This document shows positions 8,428 to 19,267 of a DNA stretch of 46,757 nt, in pieces (position 1 is the first letter of the stretch; every line of letters begins with the position of its first letter). The notes below the pieces were generated by a model, which worked only from the letters and a program-made list of their open reading frames with translations, was not told the DNA's origin and did not search any database. The position numbers and the translations under genes are program-made. Source of the DNA: Candidatus Limnocylindria bacterium. Lineage in GTDB: Bacteria; Chloroflexota; Limnocylindria; QHBO01. The stretch covers positions 1-46,757 of the forward strand of contig JBGQCU010000002.1 of the NCBI GenBank assembly GCA_041495495.1. The letters are read 5' to 3'.

Positions 8428-9761
8428 GCGGCGCGCGGCAGGGCGATGGCGAAGGTGGTGCCGCCCGGCCCCGTGCGCTCCACGGCGATCCTGCCGCCGT
8501 TGGCCGCCAGCAGCTCCCGCGCGATGGTCAGCCCGATCCCGCTGCCGCTGCGCGGCTCCCCGACGCCGCGTGCCTGGTCGGCCCGGTAGAAGCGCTCGAA
8601 GACGTGCGGCAGGTCCTCCGGCGTGATCCCCGGACCGCGGTCCGTGACCCGCACCACGACCTCGGCCGCGAGGGCCTCGACCGCCACTTCAACGGTGGCC
8701 CCGTCAGGCGAGTGCTGGGCGGCGTTGGCGAACACATTGCGCAGCGCGCGGCCGACCTGGGTGGGGTCGACCTCGATCCGCACCGAGGCCGCCACCTCGT
8801 CCACGGCGAGGCCGACGCCGCGCTGCCGGAAGAGCGGCTCCATGGCGCTGCGGACATCGGCCAGCAGCTCGCCCAGCGGCTGGATGGCCGGCCGGCGCTG
8901 GAGCACTCCCGACTCGGCATCGACCAGCTCGCCGAGCTGCACGATCACGCCCGAGAGCGCCCCCGCCGCGGCGCGCGCCCGGTCGAGCTGCTCGCGGTCG
9001 GCCGGCACCACGCCGTCGACCATCGCCTGCAGCTGCGACTCGAGCACGGTGGCCGGGGTGGCCAGGTCGTGCGCCATGTCGCTGGCGGCGCGGCGGCGGA
9101 GCATCTCGGAGCGCTGGACCCGTTCGGCCATGGCGTTGAAGGCGCCGGCCAGCTCGCTCGACTCTCGGTCGGAACCGCCGCGGGCCCGAGCGCTCAGGTC
9201 GCCGTGTCCCAGCCGCTGAGCGGCCGCCGCCACTCCACGCAGCGGTTGCGTCAGCCGCGCGGAGAGCAGCAGGGCGATCGCCACCACTGCCACGATGGCC
9301 AGGATGCCGGCCAGCAGCAGGGTCAGGTTGAAGACCCGCAGGAAGGCGAGGTTGGCGCGGGGCACCTGGATCAGCAGGCTGGCGCCCGAGCCTGGGATCG
9401 GCTCCTGGATCGTCTCGGTCGAGATCCCGGCCGCCACCTTGCCAACGTCGATGACGGCCGCGCCATCGGCTGCGATCAGCTGCACGTGGCCATGAGTCGT
9501 GTTCGCCACGCGACGCAGCACCACCTCGACCCCGCGCCTGACCCGCGGCAGGCTCAGGTCGACGTCGCCGATCGCGCCCGCCACCACCGTGATGCGGTCG
9601 CGCTGCGCCGCGGTCAGCTCCTGCTCCAGCGATCCGCTCACCACGCGATTCACCGCCAGGCCGGTGATCAGCAGCACGGCCAGCACCGCGGCGGAAAGGA
9701 CCAGCGCCAGCCGCAGGCTGAGCGGCTGGCCGCGAACCTCGTCCCCGGGGACGGTCGTCAC
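8424..9761 (-). CDS. sensor histidine kinase (TM-sensor-TM, HAMP, HisKA, HATPase_c)
   Basis: H-box ASDMAHDLATP, N-box RNVFANAAQHSP, G-boxes DRGPGI and GSGIGLTIA. The start was reset to GTG 9761, which forms a GTGA overlap with the response-regulator stop at 9758-9760. Confidence 0.9.
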   Translation of the reverse strand: MTTVPGDEVRGQPLSLRLALVLSAAVLAVLLITGLAVNRVVSGSLEQELTAAQRDRITVVAGAIGDVDLSLPRVRRGVEVVLRRVANTTHGHVQLIAADGAAVIDVGKVAAGISTETIQEPIPGSGASLLIQVPRANLAFLRVFNLTLLLAGILAIVAVVAIALLLSARLTQPLRGVAAAAQRLGHGDLSARARGGSDRESSELAGAFNAMAERVQRSEMLRRRAASDMAHDLATPATVLESQLQAMVDGVVPADREQLDRARAAAGALSGVIVQLGELVDAESGVLQRRPAIQPLGELLADVRSAMEPLFRQRGVGLAVDEVAASVRIEVDPTQVGRALRNVFANAAQHSPDGATVEVAVEALAAEVVVRVTDRGPGITPEDLPHVFERFYRADQARGVGEPRSGSGIGLTIARELLAANGGRIAVERTGPGGTTFAIALPRAA

Positions 9762-10471
9762 GACGGATCCCTGGCCGCAACGAGCCGGTATCCCGCGCTG
9801 GGGATCGTCTCGATCAGCCACGGCGCACTGGCGTCATCGCCCAGCTTGCGGCGCAGGTTGGCGACGTGGACGTCGACCACCCGCTCATAGACCTCGTCCG
9901 GCCGACGCGCCACGACCTCCAGCAGCTGCTCGCGCGCCACGACCGACCCCGGGCGGCGAGCCAGGGCGACCAGCAGGGCCGACTCACCGGGCGTCAGCCG
10001 GCCGCTCTCCCCGTCGGACAGGGTATAGCGGCGCGAGGCCGGATCCAGCACCAGGCGGCCGGCGGCGAGCGAGATGATCGGCTCGGCCTCGCTCTCGGCG
10101 GCGGGACGCGTGCGGCGCAGGATGGCCGCCACGCGAGCCGTCAGCTCGTGCGGGTTGAACGGCTTGGCCAGGTAGTCATCGGCCCCCAGGCGCAGGCCCG
10201 CGATCCGCTCGGCATCGGAGCGCTTGGCGCTGGTGATCAGGATCGGGACGTCCGCCTCCTCGCGCAGGGCCTCGAGCACCGCCTCGCCCTGCATGCCGGG
10301 CAGCATCAGGTCCAGGATCACCAGGTCGGCCCCGTCCGCCGCGAAGGCAGCCACCGCCGAGGCGCCGTCGCCGACATCGGTCACGGCGTATCCGGCTCGT
10401 TCGAGGTAGAGTCTGAGCAGGCCGCGCAGCTGCGGCTCATCCTCGACGATCAGGATTCGGGCACGCTCCAT
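9758..10471 (-). CDS. OmpR/PhoB-family response regulator
   Basis: 237 aa. Receiver domain ILIVEDEP ... LVILDLMLPG ... ADDYLAKPF, with a winged-helix C-terminus ending VHVANLRRKLG ... IETIPSAGYRL. Confidence 0.95.
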   Translation of the reverse strand: MERARILIVEDEPQLRGLLRLYLERAGYAVTDVGDGASAVAAFAADGADLVILDLMLPGMQGEAVLEALREEADVPILITSAKRSDAERIAGLRLGADDYLAKPFNPHELTARVAAILRRTRPAAESEAEPIISLAAGRLVLDPASRRYTLSDGESGRLTPGESALLVALARRPGSVVAREQLLEVVARRPDEVYERVVDVHVANLRRKLGDDASAPWLIETIPSAGYRLVAARDPS

Positions 10472-10514
10472 GAGCAGATCCTAGTCGCCGACCGATTCAG
10501 AGGATGTCAAGACG

Positions 10515-10544
10515 GATCTTGCCGATCTTGACGCGTTCTTGATC
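10515..10544. promoter_or_regulatory. candidate response-regulator operator (direct TCTTG repeats plus a 7-bp inverted repeat) in a divergent intergenic region
   Basis: GATCTTGCC GATCTTGAC GCGTTCTTGATC places three TCTTG cores at 10518, 10527 and 10538 (spacing 9 and 11 bp). GTCAAGA (10506-10512) and TCTTGAC (10526-10532) form an inverted repeat. Confidence 0.35.
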
Positions 10545-10611
10545 GGCGGGCCCGATGCTCCGCCCTGACACGGTCGCAGCAAGCGACGACACAAGCGAGG
10601 AACCAGCACCG

Positions 10612-11343
10612 ATGAGAACCTTCAAGACCCTGGGCATCGCCGGCGGCCTGGTCGCCGCCGCGCTCGTGGGCGGAACCCTGATGAGCGCCGTCTCCGCTGC
10701 TCCGTCGGGCTCGTTGCCCACGAACGGCGCAGCCGCCGGGAACGGCGCAGCCCCCACCACTGCCGATGCGGCCAAGTACTGCGACCTGTGGCAGAAGACC
10801 TTCGCCGAGAAGCTCGGCGTGTCGGTCGACAAGCTGGTCCCCGCGGCCAAGGCGGCAACCATCGCCACCATCGACGCGGCCGTCGCCGCCGGAGATCTGA
10901 CGAAGGACGCTGCGGACCGCATGAAGGCCGCGATCGACAAGGCGGACGGCAACGGATGCCGCCTGCTCGGGGCGGCGTTCCACGGGTTCGGGCGACATGC
11001 CGCCAAGGTCGACCTGCGCGTCGACATGGTCGGTGCCGCAGCCGGCGCCCTCGGCATGGACAAGGCGGCGCTGGTCAAGGCGCTGCGCGGCGGCGACTCC
11101 CTCGAGAAGGTCGCTGGCGCCCAGGGCAAGGACTACGCCGCGGTCAGCAAGGCGGTTCACGACGCGGCCAAGGCGAACCTCGACGCGCTCGTCACCTCCG
11201 GCCACCTGAAGCAGGCTCGCGAGGACGCGATCCTGACCCAGCTGGACAAGTGGCTCGCCGCGGGTGGCTCGCTGCCGCACGGCCCCTTCGGGGGCGGTCT
11301 CTTCCGCGGCCCCGCGTCGACGAATACGACGCCCGCGAGCTGA
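10612..11343 (+). CDS. secreted Ala-rich helical repeat protein (DUF2680-like LG..D.L / G.LT motifs)
   Basis: ATG 10612 is preceded by GCGAGGAA. Signal peptide MRTFKTLGIAGGLVAAALVGGTLMSAVSA-AP. Two internal repeats: LGVSVDKLVPAAKAA...AAVAAGDLTKDAADRMKAAIDK and LGMDKAALVKAL...DALVTSGHLKQAREDAILTQLDKW. Confidence 0.75.
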   Translation: MRTFKTLGIAGGLVAAALVGGTLMSAVSAAPSGSLPTNGAAAGNGAAPTTADAAKYCDLWQKTFAEKLGVSVDKLVPAAKAATIATIDAAVAAGDLTKDAADRMKAAIDKADGNGCRLLGAAFHGFGRHAAKVDLRVDMVGAAAGALGMDKAALVKALRGGDSLEKVAGAQGKDYAAVSKAVHDAAKANLDALVTSGHLKQAREDAILTQLDKWLAAGGSLPHGPFGGGLFRGPASTNTTPAS

Positions 11344-11362
11344 CCCGCCACCGATCTCGCTG

Positions 11363-11395
11363 AGAGGCCGTCCCGCATCGCGCGGGGCGGCCTCT
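11363..11395 (+). terminator. GC-rich hairpin, probable intrinsic terminator of the secreted-protein gene
   Basis: AGAGGCCGTCCCGC-atcgc-GCGGGGCGGCCTCT gives a 14-bp stem with one G-U pair. It lies 20 nt after the stop and is followed by TCGC rather than a long U tract. Confidence 0.55.
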
Positions 11396-11434
11396 TCGCA
11401 TCTCCAGCCACCGCGACTCGGGTAGGCTGTAGCC

Positions 11435-12424
11435 GTGACGAAGATCGGCTACGCGGCGATGCTCGAGCAATTCCACCCGACCGACCTGCTCGGATGGTGC
11501 GAACAGGCGGAGGCGGCGGGTTTCTCCGCCGGCTTCATGGTCAGCGAGCACTTCCATCCGTGGACGCCGCAGCAGGGGCAGAGCGCCTTCGCCTGGAGCT
11601 TCATGGGGGCGCTCGGCCAGCGCACCACGCTTCCCTTCGGCGTCGCGGTGACCTGTCCCGGCTTCCGCTACCACCCTGCCGTGATCGCGCACGCGGCGGC
11701 CACCCTGGGGGCCATGTACCCCGGCCGTTTCTGGCTCGGCCTGGGCGCCGGGGAGGCCCTCAACGAGCACATCATCGGCGGCGAATGGCCGGAGATCGGC
11801 ATCCGCAGCGCCATGCTGTTCGAGGCGATCGAGATCATCACCAAGCTGTTCAGCGGCGCGGTGGTCAAGCACGACGGCGAGTACTTCACCCTTGAATCGG
11901 CCAAGCTGTACACCCGTCCCGAGCAGCCTGTCCCGATCTATGTCGCCACCGCGGGACCGATGAACGCCAAGCGCACGGGGCGCCATGCCGACGGCATGAT
12001 CACGGTCGGGGCCGCCGACGAGAAGATCGAGATGCTGTGGGGCAAATTCGCCGAGGGCGCGGTCGACGAGGGCAAGGACCCGTCGCGCATGCCGAAGCTG
12101 CTCCAGATCCACGTCTCGTGGGCCGAGACGCGCGCCGAGGCGGAGGCGAACGCCGTGCGCGAATGGCCGAACGGCGGCATGCCCTTCGCAAAGCAGGACA
12201 TCCGGAATCCTGAGGACTTCGCGAGCATGGCGAAGCTGGTGCGCCCGGAGCACTTCACCAACCGGGTCCTCATCTCGGCCGACCTCGACGAGCACGCCGC
12301 GCAGATCCAGAAGTTCGTCGACATGGGCTTCGACGAGGTCCACCTGCACAACGTCGGCCGCAACCAGGCCGAGTTCGTCGCGGCCTTCGGGGAGCGGGTC
12401 CTGCCGCAGCTCCGCCTGGGCTAG
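11435..12424 (+). CDS. F420-dependent oxidoreductase, glucose-6-phosphate dehydrogenase (Fgd) family
   Basis: 329 aa, GTG start. [59 protein letters not shown] and PIYVATAGP are co-linear with mycobacterial Fgd as I recall it. Confidence 0.9.
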   Translation: MTKIGYAAMLEQFHPTDLLGWCEQAEAAGFSAGFMVSEHFHPWTPQQGQSAFAWSFMGALGQRTTLPFGVAVTCPGFRYHPAVIAHAAATLGAMYPGRFWLGLGAGEALNEHIIGGEWPEIGIRSAMLFEAIEIITKLFSGAVVKHDGEYFTLESAKLYTRPEQPVPIYVATAGPMNAKRTGRHADGMITVGAADEKIEMLWGKFAEGAVDEGKDPSRMPKLLQIHVSWAETRAEAEANAVREWPNGGMPFAKQDIRNPEDFASMAKLVRPEHFTNRVLISADLDEHAAQIQKFVDMGFDEVHLHNVGRNQAEFVAAFGERVLPQLRLG

Positions 12425-12803
12425 GCCACGCCGCCGGCGGGTGGCAGGTCGTCGACCGGGAAGACCTGCGGTCCGCTGCCGATGCGGATGACCACGGCCT
12501 CCAGCGCCACCTCGCCCTCTGCCCCCTCGCGGTGGACGGTCCCGGCCGGCAGGAGAGCGAAGTCGCCCGGCCGCACCCGGATCTGCTCCCCGTCGGCCAG
12601 CTCGATGAAGGTGGTCCCGGCGATCACGTAGAAGTAGGAGTCGTACGCGCCGTGGTGATGCCAGCCGCTCATCACGCCGGGCACGGCGCGCGAGTAGCCG
12701 ATCCAGCGCTCGGCGTCCTCGAAGGCCGTCAGGCGGTCAATCCCCGGCGTGGGCGGGCCGGCCACCAGGTCCGCTGGGCGCATCACACGGGTGACCCGCG
12801 CAG

Positions 12804-12807
<4 letters not shown>
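12421..12807 (-). CDS. cupin domain protein
   Basis: [18 protein letters not shown] ... [14 protein letters not shown]. The start is set to GTG 12807, which forms a GTGA overlap with the thiolase stop. The alternative is ATG 12783. Confidence 0.8.
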
Positions 12808-14030
<1,223 letters not shown>

Positions 14031-14059
14031 CAGGCACAGGATGCTAGCACCGGCTGTCA

Positions 14060-15526
14060 GTGCGACGGCGCTCCGCGGTAGGATCGCGCGACGTGAACGC
14101 CCAGGCCTCGAATCCGCTCCCCACTCCCGGCCTGCGCCGCGCATGGTGGCTGCGCGAGGCCCTGGCGGCCGAGGACCCGCCACTGCTCGCCCCGTCGCTT
14201 TTCGGCGAGACGACCGCCGACGTGGCGATCATCGGTGGCGGCTACACCGGCATGTGGACCGCCTACTTCCTGACCGAGCTGGCGCCGGGCGCCCGCATCA
14301 TCCTGCTCGAGGCCGATATCTGCGGCGGCGGCCCGAGCGGCCGCAACGGCGGCTTCCTGCACGGCTGGTGGGAATACCTCCCCTACCTTGTCGAGCGCTA
14401 CGGTCCCCAGCGGGGCCTGGAGATCGCGCGCGCCTCCGACGAAGTGGTGAGCGGCATCGGCAGCTGGTGTGAGCGGCACGGGGTCGATGCCTGGTTCACG
14501 CCGAGCGGCTACCTGCGCGTCAACGCCTTTCCGGGGCTCGCCAACGACTGGGGAGAGACGATCAGAGACGTCGAGCGGCTCGGCGCCGCCGGGCAGCTGC
14601 TCCAGCTGGACCGCGCAGCGGTGCAGAGGATCTGCGCCTCGCCCGCCTTCGGCGAGGGGCTGCTGATGCCGAGCGCGGCCACGGTCCAGCCGGCGTTGCT
14701 GGCGCGCGGCCTGCGACGCGTCCTGCTCGAGCGCGGCGTGGAGATCCACGAGGGAACGGTCGTGGAGCGGATCGAGCGCGGCTCGCAGGTGCGCCTGCGG
14801 ACGGCTCGCGGCGCCGTCACCGCGGACCGCGTGGTGCTGGCGCTGAACGCGTGGGCGGCCGGCTGGCCCGGTTTCCGGACCCGGGTGCTGGCCTGGGGCA
14901 GCTACATCGTGCTGACCGAGCCGATCCCCGACCGACTCGCCGAGCTGGGCTGGACCGGCGGCGAGGCGATCGCCGACTCGCGCTTCACGATCAGCTACTT
15001 CCGGACCACCCGCGACGGCCGCATCGCGTTCGGGGCCGGCGTCGGCGCGGCCGGCTTCGACGGCCGCATCGGACCCGTCTTCACCCACGACCATCACGCC
15101 ATCGAGCGCGTGGTCACGAACTTCCGCCATCTCTTCCCGATGCTGGCCGATGTGCGGCTGGACAACGCCTGGGGCGGCCCGATTGACATCACGGCGGATC
15201 GGTTCCCGGAGATCGGCTCGCAGCATGGTGGTCGGGTCTGGTACGCCCATGGCTTCGCCGGCAACGGGGTCGGCCCGTCGCGCCTCGCCGGCCGCATCCT
15301 GGCGGCCCGCATCGCGGGCATCCGCGGGCCCCTCGCCGACCTGCCGCTGGTCGGGCGGCGGCAGCGCTTCCTGCCGCCCGAGCCGTTCCGCTACATCGGG
15401 GCCAGGGCCATCCGCGAGGCGCTCATCCGCCAGGATGACGCGCTCGACGCCGGGCGCCGCCCGGGCCTGCTGACCCGGTTCGTGGCACGTGTGCCGAGCC
15501 TGCTCGGCTATCGGTTCAAGCACTAG
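14060..15526 (+). CDS. FAD-dependent oxidoreductase (DAO family, gamma-glutamylputrescine/amine oxidase-like)
   Basis: Dinucleotide fold [18 protein letters not shown] and GPSGRNGGF. Start is GTG 14060 or in-frame GTG 14093. Confidence 0.85.
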   Translation: MRRRSAVGSRDVNAQASNPLPTPGLRRAWWLREALAAEDPPLLAPSLFGETTADVAIIGGGYTGMWTAYFLTELAPGARIILLEADICGGGPSGRNGGFLHGWWEYLPYLVERYGPQRGLEIARASDEVVSGIGSWCERHGVDAWFTPSGYLRVNAFPGLANDWGETIRDVERLGAAGQLLQLDRAAVQRICASPAFGEGLLMPSAATVQPALLARGLRRVLLERGVEIHEGTVVERIERGSQVRLRTARGAVTADRVVLALNAWAAGWPGFRTRVLAWGSYIVLTEPIPDRLAELGWTGGEAIADSRFTISYFRTTRDGRIAFGAGVGAAGFDGRIGPVFTHDHHAIERVVTNFRHLFPMLADVRLDNAWGGPIDITADRFPEIGSQHGGRVWYAHGFAGNGVGPSRLAGRILAARIAGIRGPLADLPLVGRRQRFLPPEPFRYIGARAIREALIRQDDALDAGRRPGLLTRFVARVPSLLGYRFKH

Positions 15527-15536
15527 CGATTTTTCG

Positions 15537-15566
15537 TTGACCCGGCCATCCGGGCGGGCGTAGCAT
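15537..15566 (+). promoter_or_regulatory. candidate sigma70-type promoter of the ABC transporter genes
   Basis: TTGACC (15537-15542), an 18-nt spacer, then TAGCAT (15561-15566). An AAGAGGAG ribosome-binding site precedes GTG 15599. Confidence 0.35.
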
Positions 15567-15598
15567 CGGCGCCAATCCATCCAAGAGGAGCGCCCACC

Positions 15599-16657
15599 GT
15601 GCCCATCCCATTCCGCCCTGCCCGCGCGCTGCTGGCCGTGCTCGTTACGAGCACGCTGGTGCTTGCGGGGTGCTCATCCCCGAGCCTGCTGGTCATGGAG
15701 TGGAGCGGCTACGAGAAGGCCGACTTCTGGACCGATTTCCAGACCGCCAACCCCAACACCCCGGTGAAATTCGAGTTCGGCATCTCCGACGCCGACGTTC
15801 TCGGCAAGATGGAAGCTGGCAGCCAGGCCGACATCTTCCACTTCTACACCGGCTGGCAGCAGTTCTACGTCGACGAGGGGATCGCCCGCGAGATCGACAC
15901 CAGCAAGCTGAAGAACTGGGACAAGGTGCCGGACGCCTTCAAGAAGATGGGCCAGATCAACGGCAAGCAATACTACGTGCCATGGGATTGGGGCTTCACC
16001 TCGATCCTCTACAACACGAACCACGTGCAGGGCGACGTCACCAGCTGGAGCGCCCTCTTCGACCCAGCCTATGCCGGCCACGTCTCGATGTGGGATGACG
16101 GCCCGGCGGCGGTGACGGTCTCCGCCTACATCCACCACTGGGACGAGACGAAGATCACCGCTGATCAGCTCGCCCAGATCGAGCAGGAGTGGACTACCCA
16201 GAAGCCACTCAACATCCACTACTGGACCGGCGAGTACGACGACTTCTGCCCCGAGGTGATCAGCGGCGACATCTGGGTCGCCTACGCATGGCAGGGGTGC
16301 TACGCGACGGCGCTCGCCGACGGCACCCAGCCGGTCAAGTACGCCAACCCCGTCGAGGGGCGCAACTCGTGGGTCGGCCTGTACGGCATCAACGCCAAGA
16401 CCAGCAACTACGACCTGGCGCTCCAGTTCTTGGACGACAAGCTGGCAACGCTGAGCTGCAGCAACGCCGTCACCGAGTTCTATTACGGGTGCGCCAACCA
16501 GGACGTCATGAGCGCGATCACCGACCCGGTCCTGGTGAAGGCCTTCGCGCTCGATGACCCGTCGATCCTCCAGCACACAAACTTCACGCCGCTGGTGACC
16601 AACGCGCAGCGAACGGCGTGGACCGAAATGTGGGCGCGGGTCAAGGCAGCCCAGTAG
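15599..16657 (+). CDS. ABC transporter substrate-binding lipoprotein (PotD/PotF polyamine-type family)
   Basis: 352 aa. Lipobox VLAGCSS. The overall family-1 SBP pattern is typical of spermidine/putrescine binders. Confidence 0.9.
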   Translation: MPIPFRPARALLAVLVTSTLVLAGCSSPSLLVMEWSGYEKADFWTDFQTANPNTPVKFEFGISDADVLGKMEAGSQADIFHFYTGWQQFYVDEGIAREIDTSKLKNWDKVPDAFKKMGQINGKQYYVPWDWGFTSILYNTNHVQGDVTSWSALFDPAYAGHVSMWDDGPAAVTVSAYIHHWDETKITADQLAQIEQEWTTQKPLNIHYWTGEYDDFCPEVISGDIWVAYAWQGCYATALADGTQPVKYANPVEGRNSWVGLYGINAKTSNYDLALQFLDDKLATLSCSNAVTEFYYGCANQDVMSAITDPVLVKAFALDDPSILQHTNFTPLVTNAQRTAWTEMWARVKAAQ

Positions 16658-16675
16658 CGCCAGCCCGCTAGACCG

Positions 16676-17536
16676 ATGCTCGGACGGCGAGGGACCCTGC
16701 GGTTCCTCGTCGTCCCGCCATTCGCGTGGCTGATCCTCCTCTTCGTCGCGCCGCTCATCCTCTCGGTCGCGATCAGCCTCCGGCCCGAGTCGGGCCCGAT
16801 CAACTTCAGCCACGCGTGGGAGCTGTCCACCGCCCAGTACCACAAGGTAATCGACTCGCCGACCTGGCTCCGGCTGCTGCTGGTGTCGGCGGGAATGGCG
16901 TTCATCATTGCCGTCGTGGCGACGCTGCTCGCCTACCCGATCGCCTACTTCCTCACCTTTCGCGCGCGGGAACGGGCCCCGCTCTTCCTGATCCTGCTCC
17001 TCGTTCCCTCGGCCACGAGCTTCCTGCTGCGGGTCATGGCCTGGAAGCTGCTGCTCGGCAGCAACGGCGCCATCAACTCGTTCCTGATCTGGATCGGGCT
17101 CATCCGCGAGCCGATCGGGCTGCTGCTCTACTCCCAGGCGGCGGTGATCATCACCCTCATCTACGTCTGGATCCCGTTCGCCGCGCTGCCCATCTACGCG
17201 GCGCTCCAGCGCGTCGATCGCAGCCACCTGGAGGCGGCCGCTGACCTGGGCTCCGGCCCCTGGACGCGCTTCTGGCGCGTGACCGTGCCCCTGAGCCTGC
17301 CGGGGGTGCTGGCCACCTTCTTCATGGTCTTCATCCCGACCGTCGGCGAGTACGTGACCCCGTCGCTGGTCGGCGGGACCGGCGGGATCATGTACGGCAA
17401 CCTGATCCAGGACTTCTTCACGAGGGCCGGCAACTGGCCGCTCGGATCGGCCCTGGCGGTGATCATGCTGGCGCTGACCCTGGTGCTGGTGGCGATCGCG
17501 CTGCGCGTCGTCAACCTGCGCAGGGCGCTGGCATGA
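16676..17536 (+). CDS. ABC transporter permease (PotB-like)
   Basis: 286 aa, six hydrophobic segments. EAA-type loop LEAAADLGSGPWTRFWRVTVPLSLPG. Confidence 0.9.
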   Translation: MLGRRGTLRFLVVPPFAWLILLFVAPLILSVAISLRPESGPINFSHAWELSTAQYHKVIDSPTWLRLLLVSAGMAFIIAVVATLLAYPIAYFLTFRARERAPLFLILLLVPSATSFLLRVMAWKLLLGSNGAINSFLIWIGLIREPIGLLLYSQAAVIITLIYVWIPFAALPIYAALQRVDRSHLEAAADLGSGPWTRFWRVTVPLSLPGVLATFFMVFIPTVGEYVTPSLVGGTGGIMYGNLIQDFFTRAGNWPLGSALAVIMLALTLVLVAIALRVVNLRRALA

Positions 17537-18351
17537 CCGCGGGGGCGCGGCCGGCCCGCCGCTCCGTCCTGGGCGTGGGGAACACCCGCCTGCCCCTCGG
17601 CCCGGCCTACGCGGCGATGCTCGCCCTCCTCTACCTGCCGATCATCCTGCTGGCCGTCTTCTCCATCAACGCCAACACCACGCTCACCTTCCCGCTGCGT
17701 GGCTTCACCCTCAACTGGTACCGCGAGGTCTTCGGCGACCCGGCGCTGCTGGGTGCCGCGCGCAACAGCCTGCTGGTGGCGACCGCGGCGGCCACCGCGG
17801 CGACGGCGCTCGGGTTCGCGGTGAGCCTCGCGGTGCTCCGCTTCCGCTTCACCGGGCGCGGGCTGCTGCTCGGCCTGGCCGGGGCGCCGCTGGTCGTGCC
17901 GTTCGTGGTCCTGGGCGTCGCCCTCTTCCTGCTCTTCACCCTGCTTGGCATCCCTCGCTCGCTGATCACGGTGGCGGCCGGCCACAGCATCGTGGCGTTG
18001 CCGTACGCCGCGCTGATCCTGCTGGCTCGCATGATCGGCCTCGACCCGGCGCTCGAGGACGCCGCCATGGACCTCGGCGCGACCTATCCGACTACCCTGC
18101 GCCGCGTCATCCTGCCGCTGCTCGGGCCATCGCTGCTGTCCGCGTGGCTGACGAGCTTCATCGTCTCTTTCGACGAGGTGGCGCTCGCCAACTTCCTCGC
18201 CGGCGGCGACCCCACGTTCCCCGTCTTCCTGTACGGCCAGCTGCGCTTCGCCCAGCGCCTGCCGGTGCTGATCGCGATGGCCATGCTGCTCATGATCGGC
18301 ACCATCACCCTGACCCTGATCGCCAACCGCCTGCGGTCGCGCAACCAGTGA
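17533..18351 (+). CDS. ABC transporter permease (PotC-like)
   Basis: 272 aa. ATGA overlap with the preceding permease. EAA loop LEDAAMDLGATYPTTLRRVILPLLGP. Confidence 0.9.
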   Translation: MTAGARPARRSVLGVGNTRLPLGPAYAAMLALLYLPIILLAVFSINANTTLTFPLRGFTLNWYREVFGDPALLGAARNSLLVATAAATAATALGFAVSLAVLRFRFTGRGLLLGLAGAPLVVPFVVLGVALFLLFTLLGIPRSLITVAAGHSIVALPYAALILLARMIGLDPALEDAAMDLGATYPTTLRRVILPLLGPSLLSAWLTSFIVSFDEVALANFLAGGDPTFPVFLYGQLRFAQRLPVLIAMAMLLMIGTITLTLIANRLRSRNQ

Positions 18352-18366
18352 CCGGCTGAGGTTCGC

Positions 18367-18588
18367 CTAGCTCGCGCGGCGGGCTGGGTGCGTGGCGGTC
18401 ACGGCTGCCAGCAGGCGGCTCGAGGCGCGGGCAATCTCGTCAACGGCCGCGTTGAACGCGTGCTCATTGGCCGGCGACGGGCGCCGATAACCGCTCACCT
18501 TGCGGACGTACTGGAGCGCGGCGGCGCGCACCTCGTCATCGGGGGCGGGGAGATCGAGGGTGCGGAGGGTCTTGATGCTTCGACACAT
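18367..18588 (-). CDS. DUF2277 domain protein
   Basis: MCRSIKTLRTLDLPAPDDEVRAAALQYVRKVSGYRRPSPANEHAFNAAVDEIA matches the conserved DUF2277 pattern as I recall it. Start taken at ATG 18588. Confidence 0.8.
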   Translation of the reverse strand: MCRSIKTLRTLDLPAPDDEVRAAALQYVRKVSGYRRPSPANEHAFNAAVDEIARASSRLLAAVTATHPARRAS

Positions 18589-18616
18589 GTCGCAGAGGGT
18601 ACCTCGCGCCACGCCG

Positions 18617-19267
18617 TCATGCCTCGGCCAAGAGCTCCTCGAGCGAGTCGATCACGCGATCCGCGGCCGAAACGTCGGTCTCGGCGAACTGCGGAACGGC
18701 AATGCAGGTCAACCCGGCTGCCTTGGCCGCAGCCACGCCCGAGGCCGAATCCTCCAGGGCCAGCGCGTCGGCCGGCGCGACCCCCAGCCGCTCGCAGACG
18801 AGGAGGTACAGCTCGGGCGCCGGCTTGGGATGCGCCACTTCATCGGAGGTCACGATCGCGTCGAAGACGTCGGTCAGGCCGGCGGTGCGCAGCGCCGCGT
18901 CGACCAGCCGGCGCGGCGAATTGGAGGCGAGCCCCAGCGGCACCCGCCCGCGCAGGCGGGCAACGAGCGCGAGTGCCCCCGGGCGCCCGTCGACGTCGCC
19001 CTGCAGCGCAGCGTGCATCGTCTCGATCATCTCGTCGACGAGCTCCGCACCACGCTCGACGGGCTGGCCCAGTCGCTCCGCGAAGAAGCGCGCGGTGTGC
19101 TCGAACGAGGTGCCGATGACGCGCATCTTGTCCTCGTGGCTGAAGACGGCGCCATGCGCGGCGAACAGCTCCTCCTCCGCGCGCTGCCAGAGCACCTCGG
19201 TGTCCAGCAGCAGGCCGTCCAGGTCGAAGACGACCGCCCGATACCGACGCGGTAGCGGCTGGCTCAC
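18617..19267 (-). CDS. HAD-superfamily hydrolase (beta-phosphoglucomutase/phosphatase-like, subfamily IA)
   Basis: AVVFDLDGLLLDTE, LASNSP, KPAPELY and EDSASGVAAAKAAG. The start was reset to GTG 19267, which forms a GTGA overlap with the upstream stop. Confidence 0.85.
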   Translation of the reverse strand: MSQPLPRRYRAVVFDLDGLLLDTEVLWQRAEEELFAAHGAVFSHEDKMRVIGTSFEHTARFFAERLGQPVERGAELVDEMIETMHAALQGDVDGRPGALALVARLRGRVPLGLASNSPRRLVDAALRTAGLTDVFDAIVTSDEVAHPKPAPELYLLVCERLGVAPADALALEDSASGVAAAKAAGLTCIAVPQFAETDVSAADRVIDSLEELLAEA

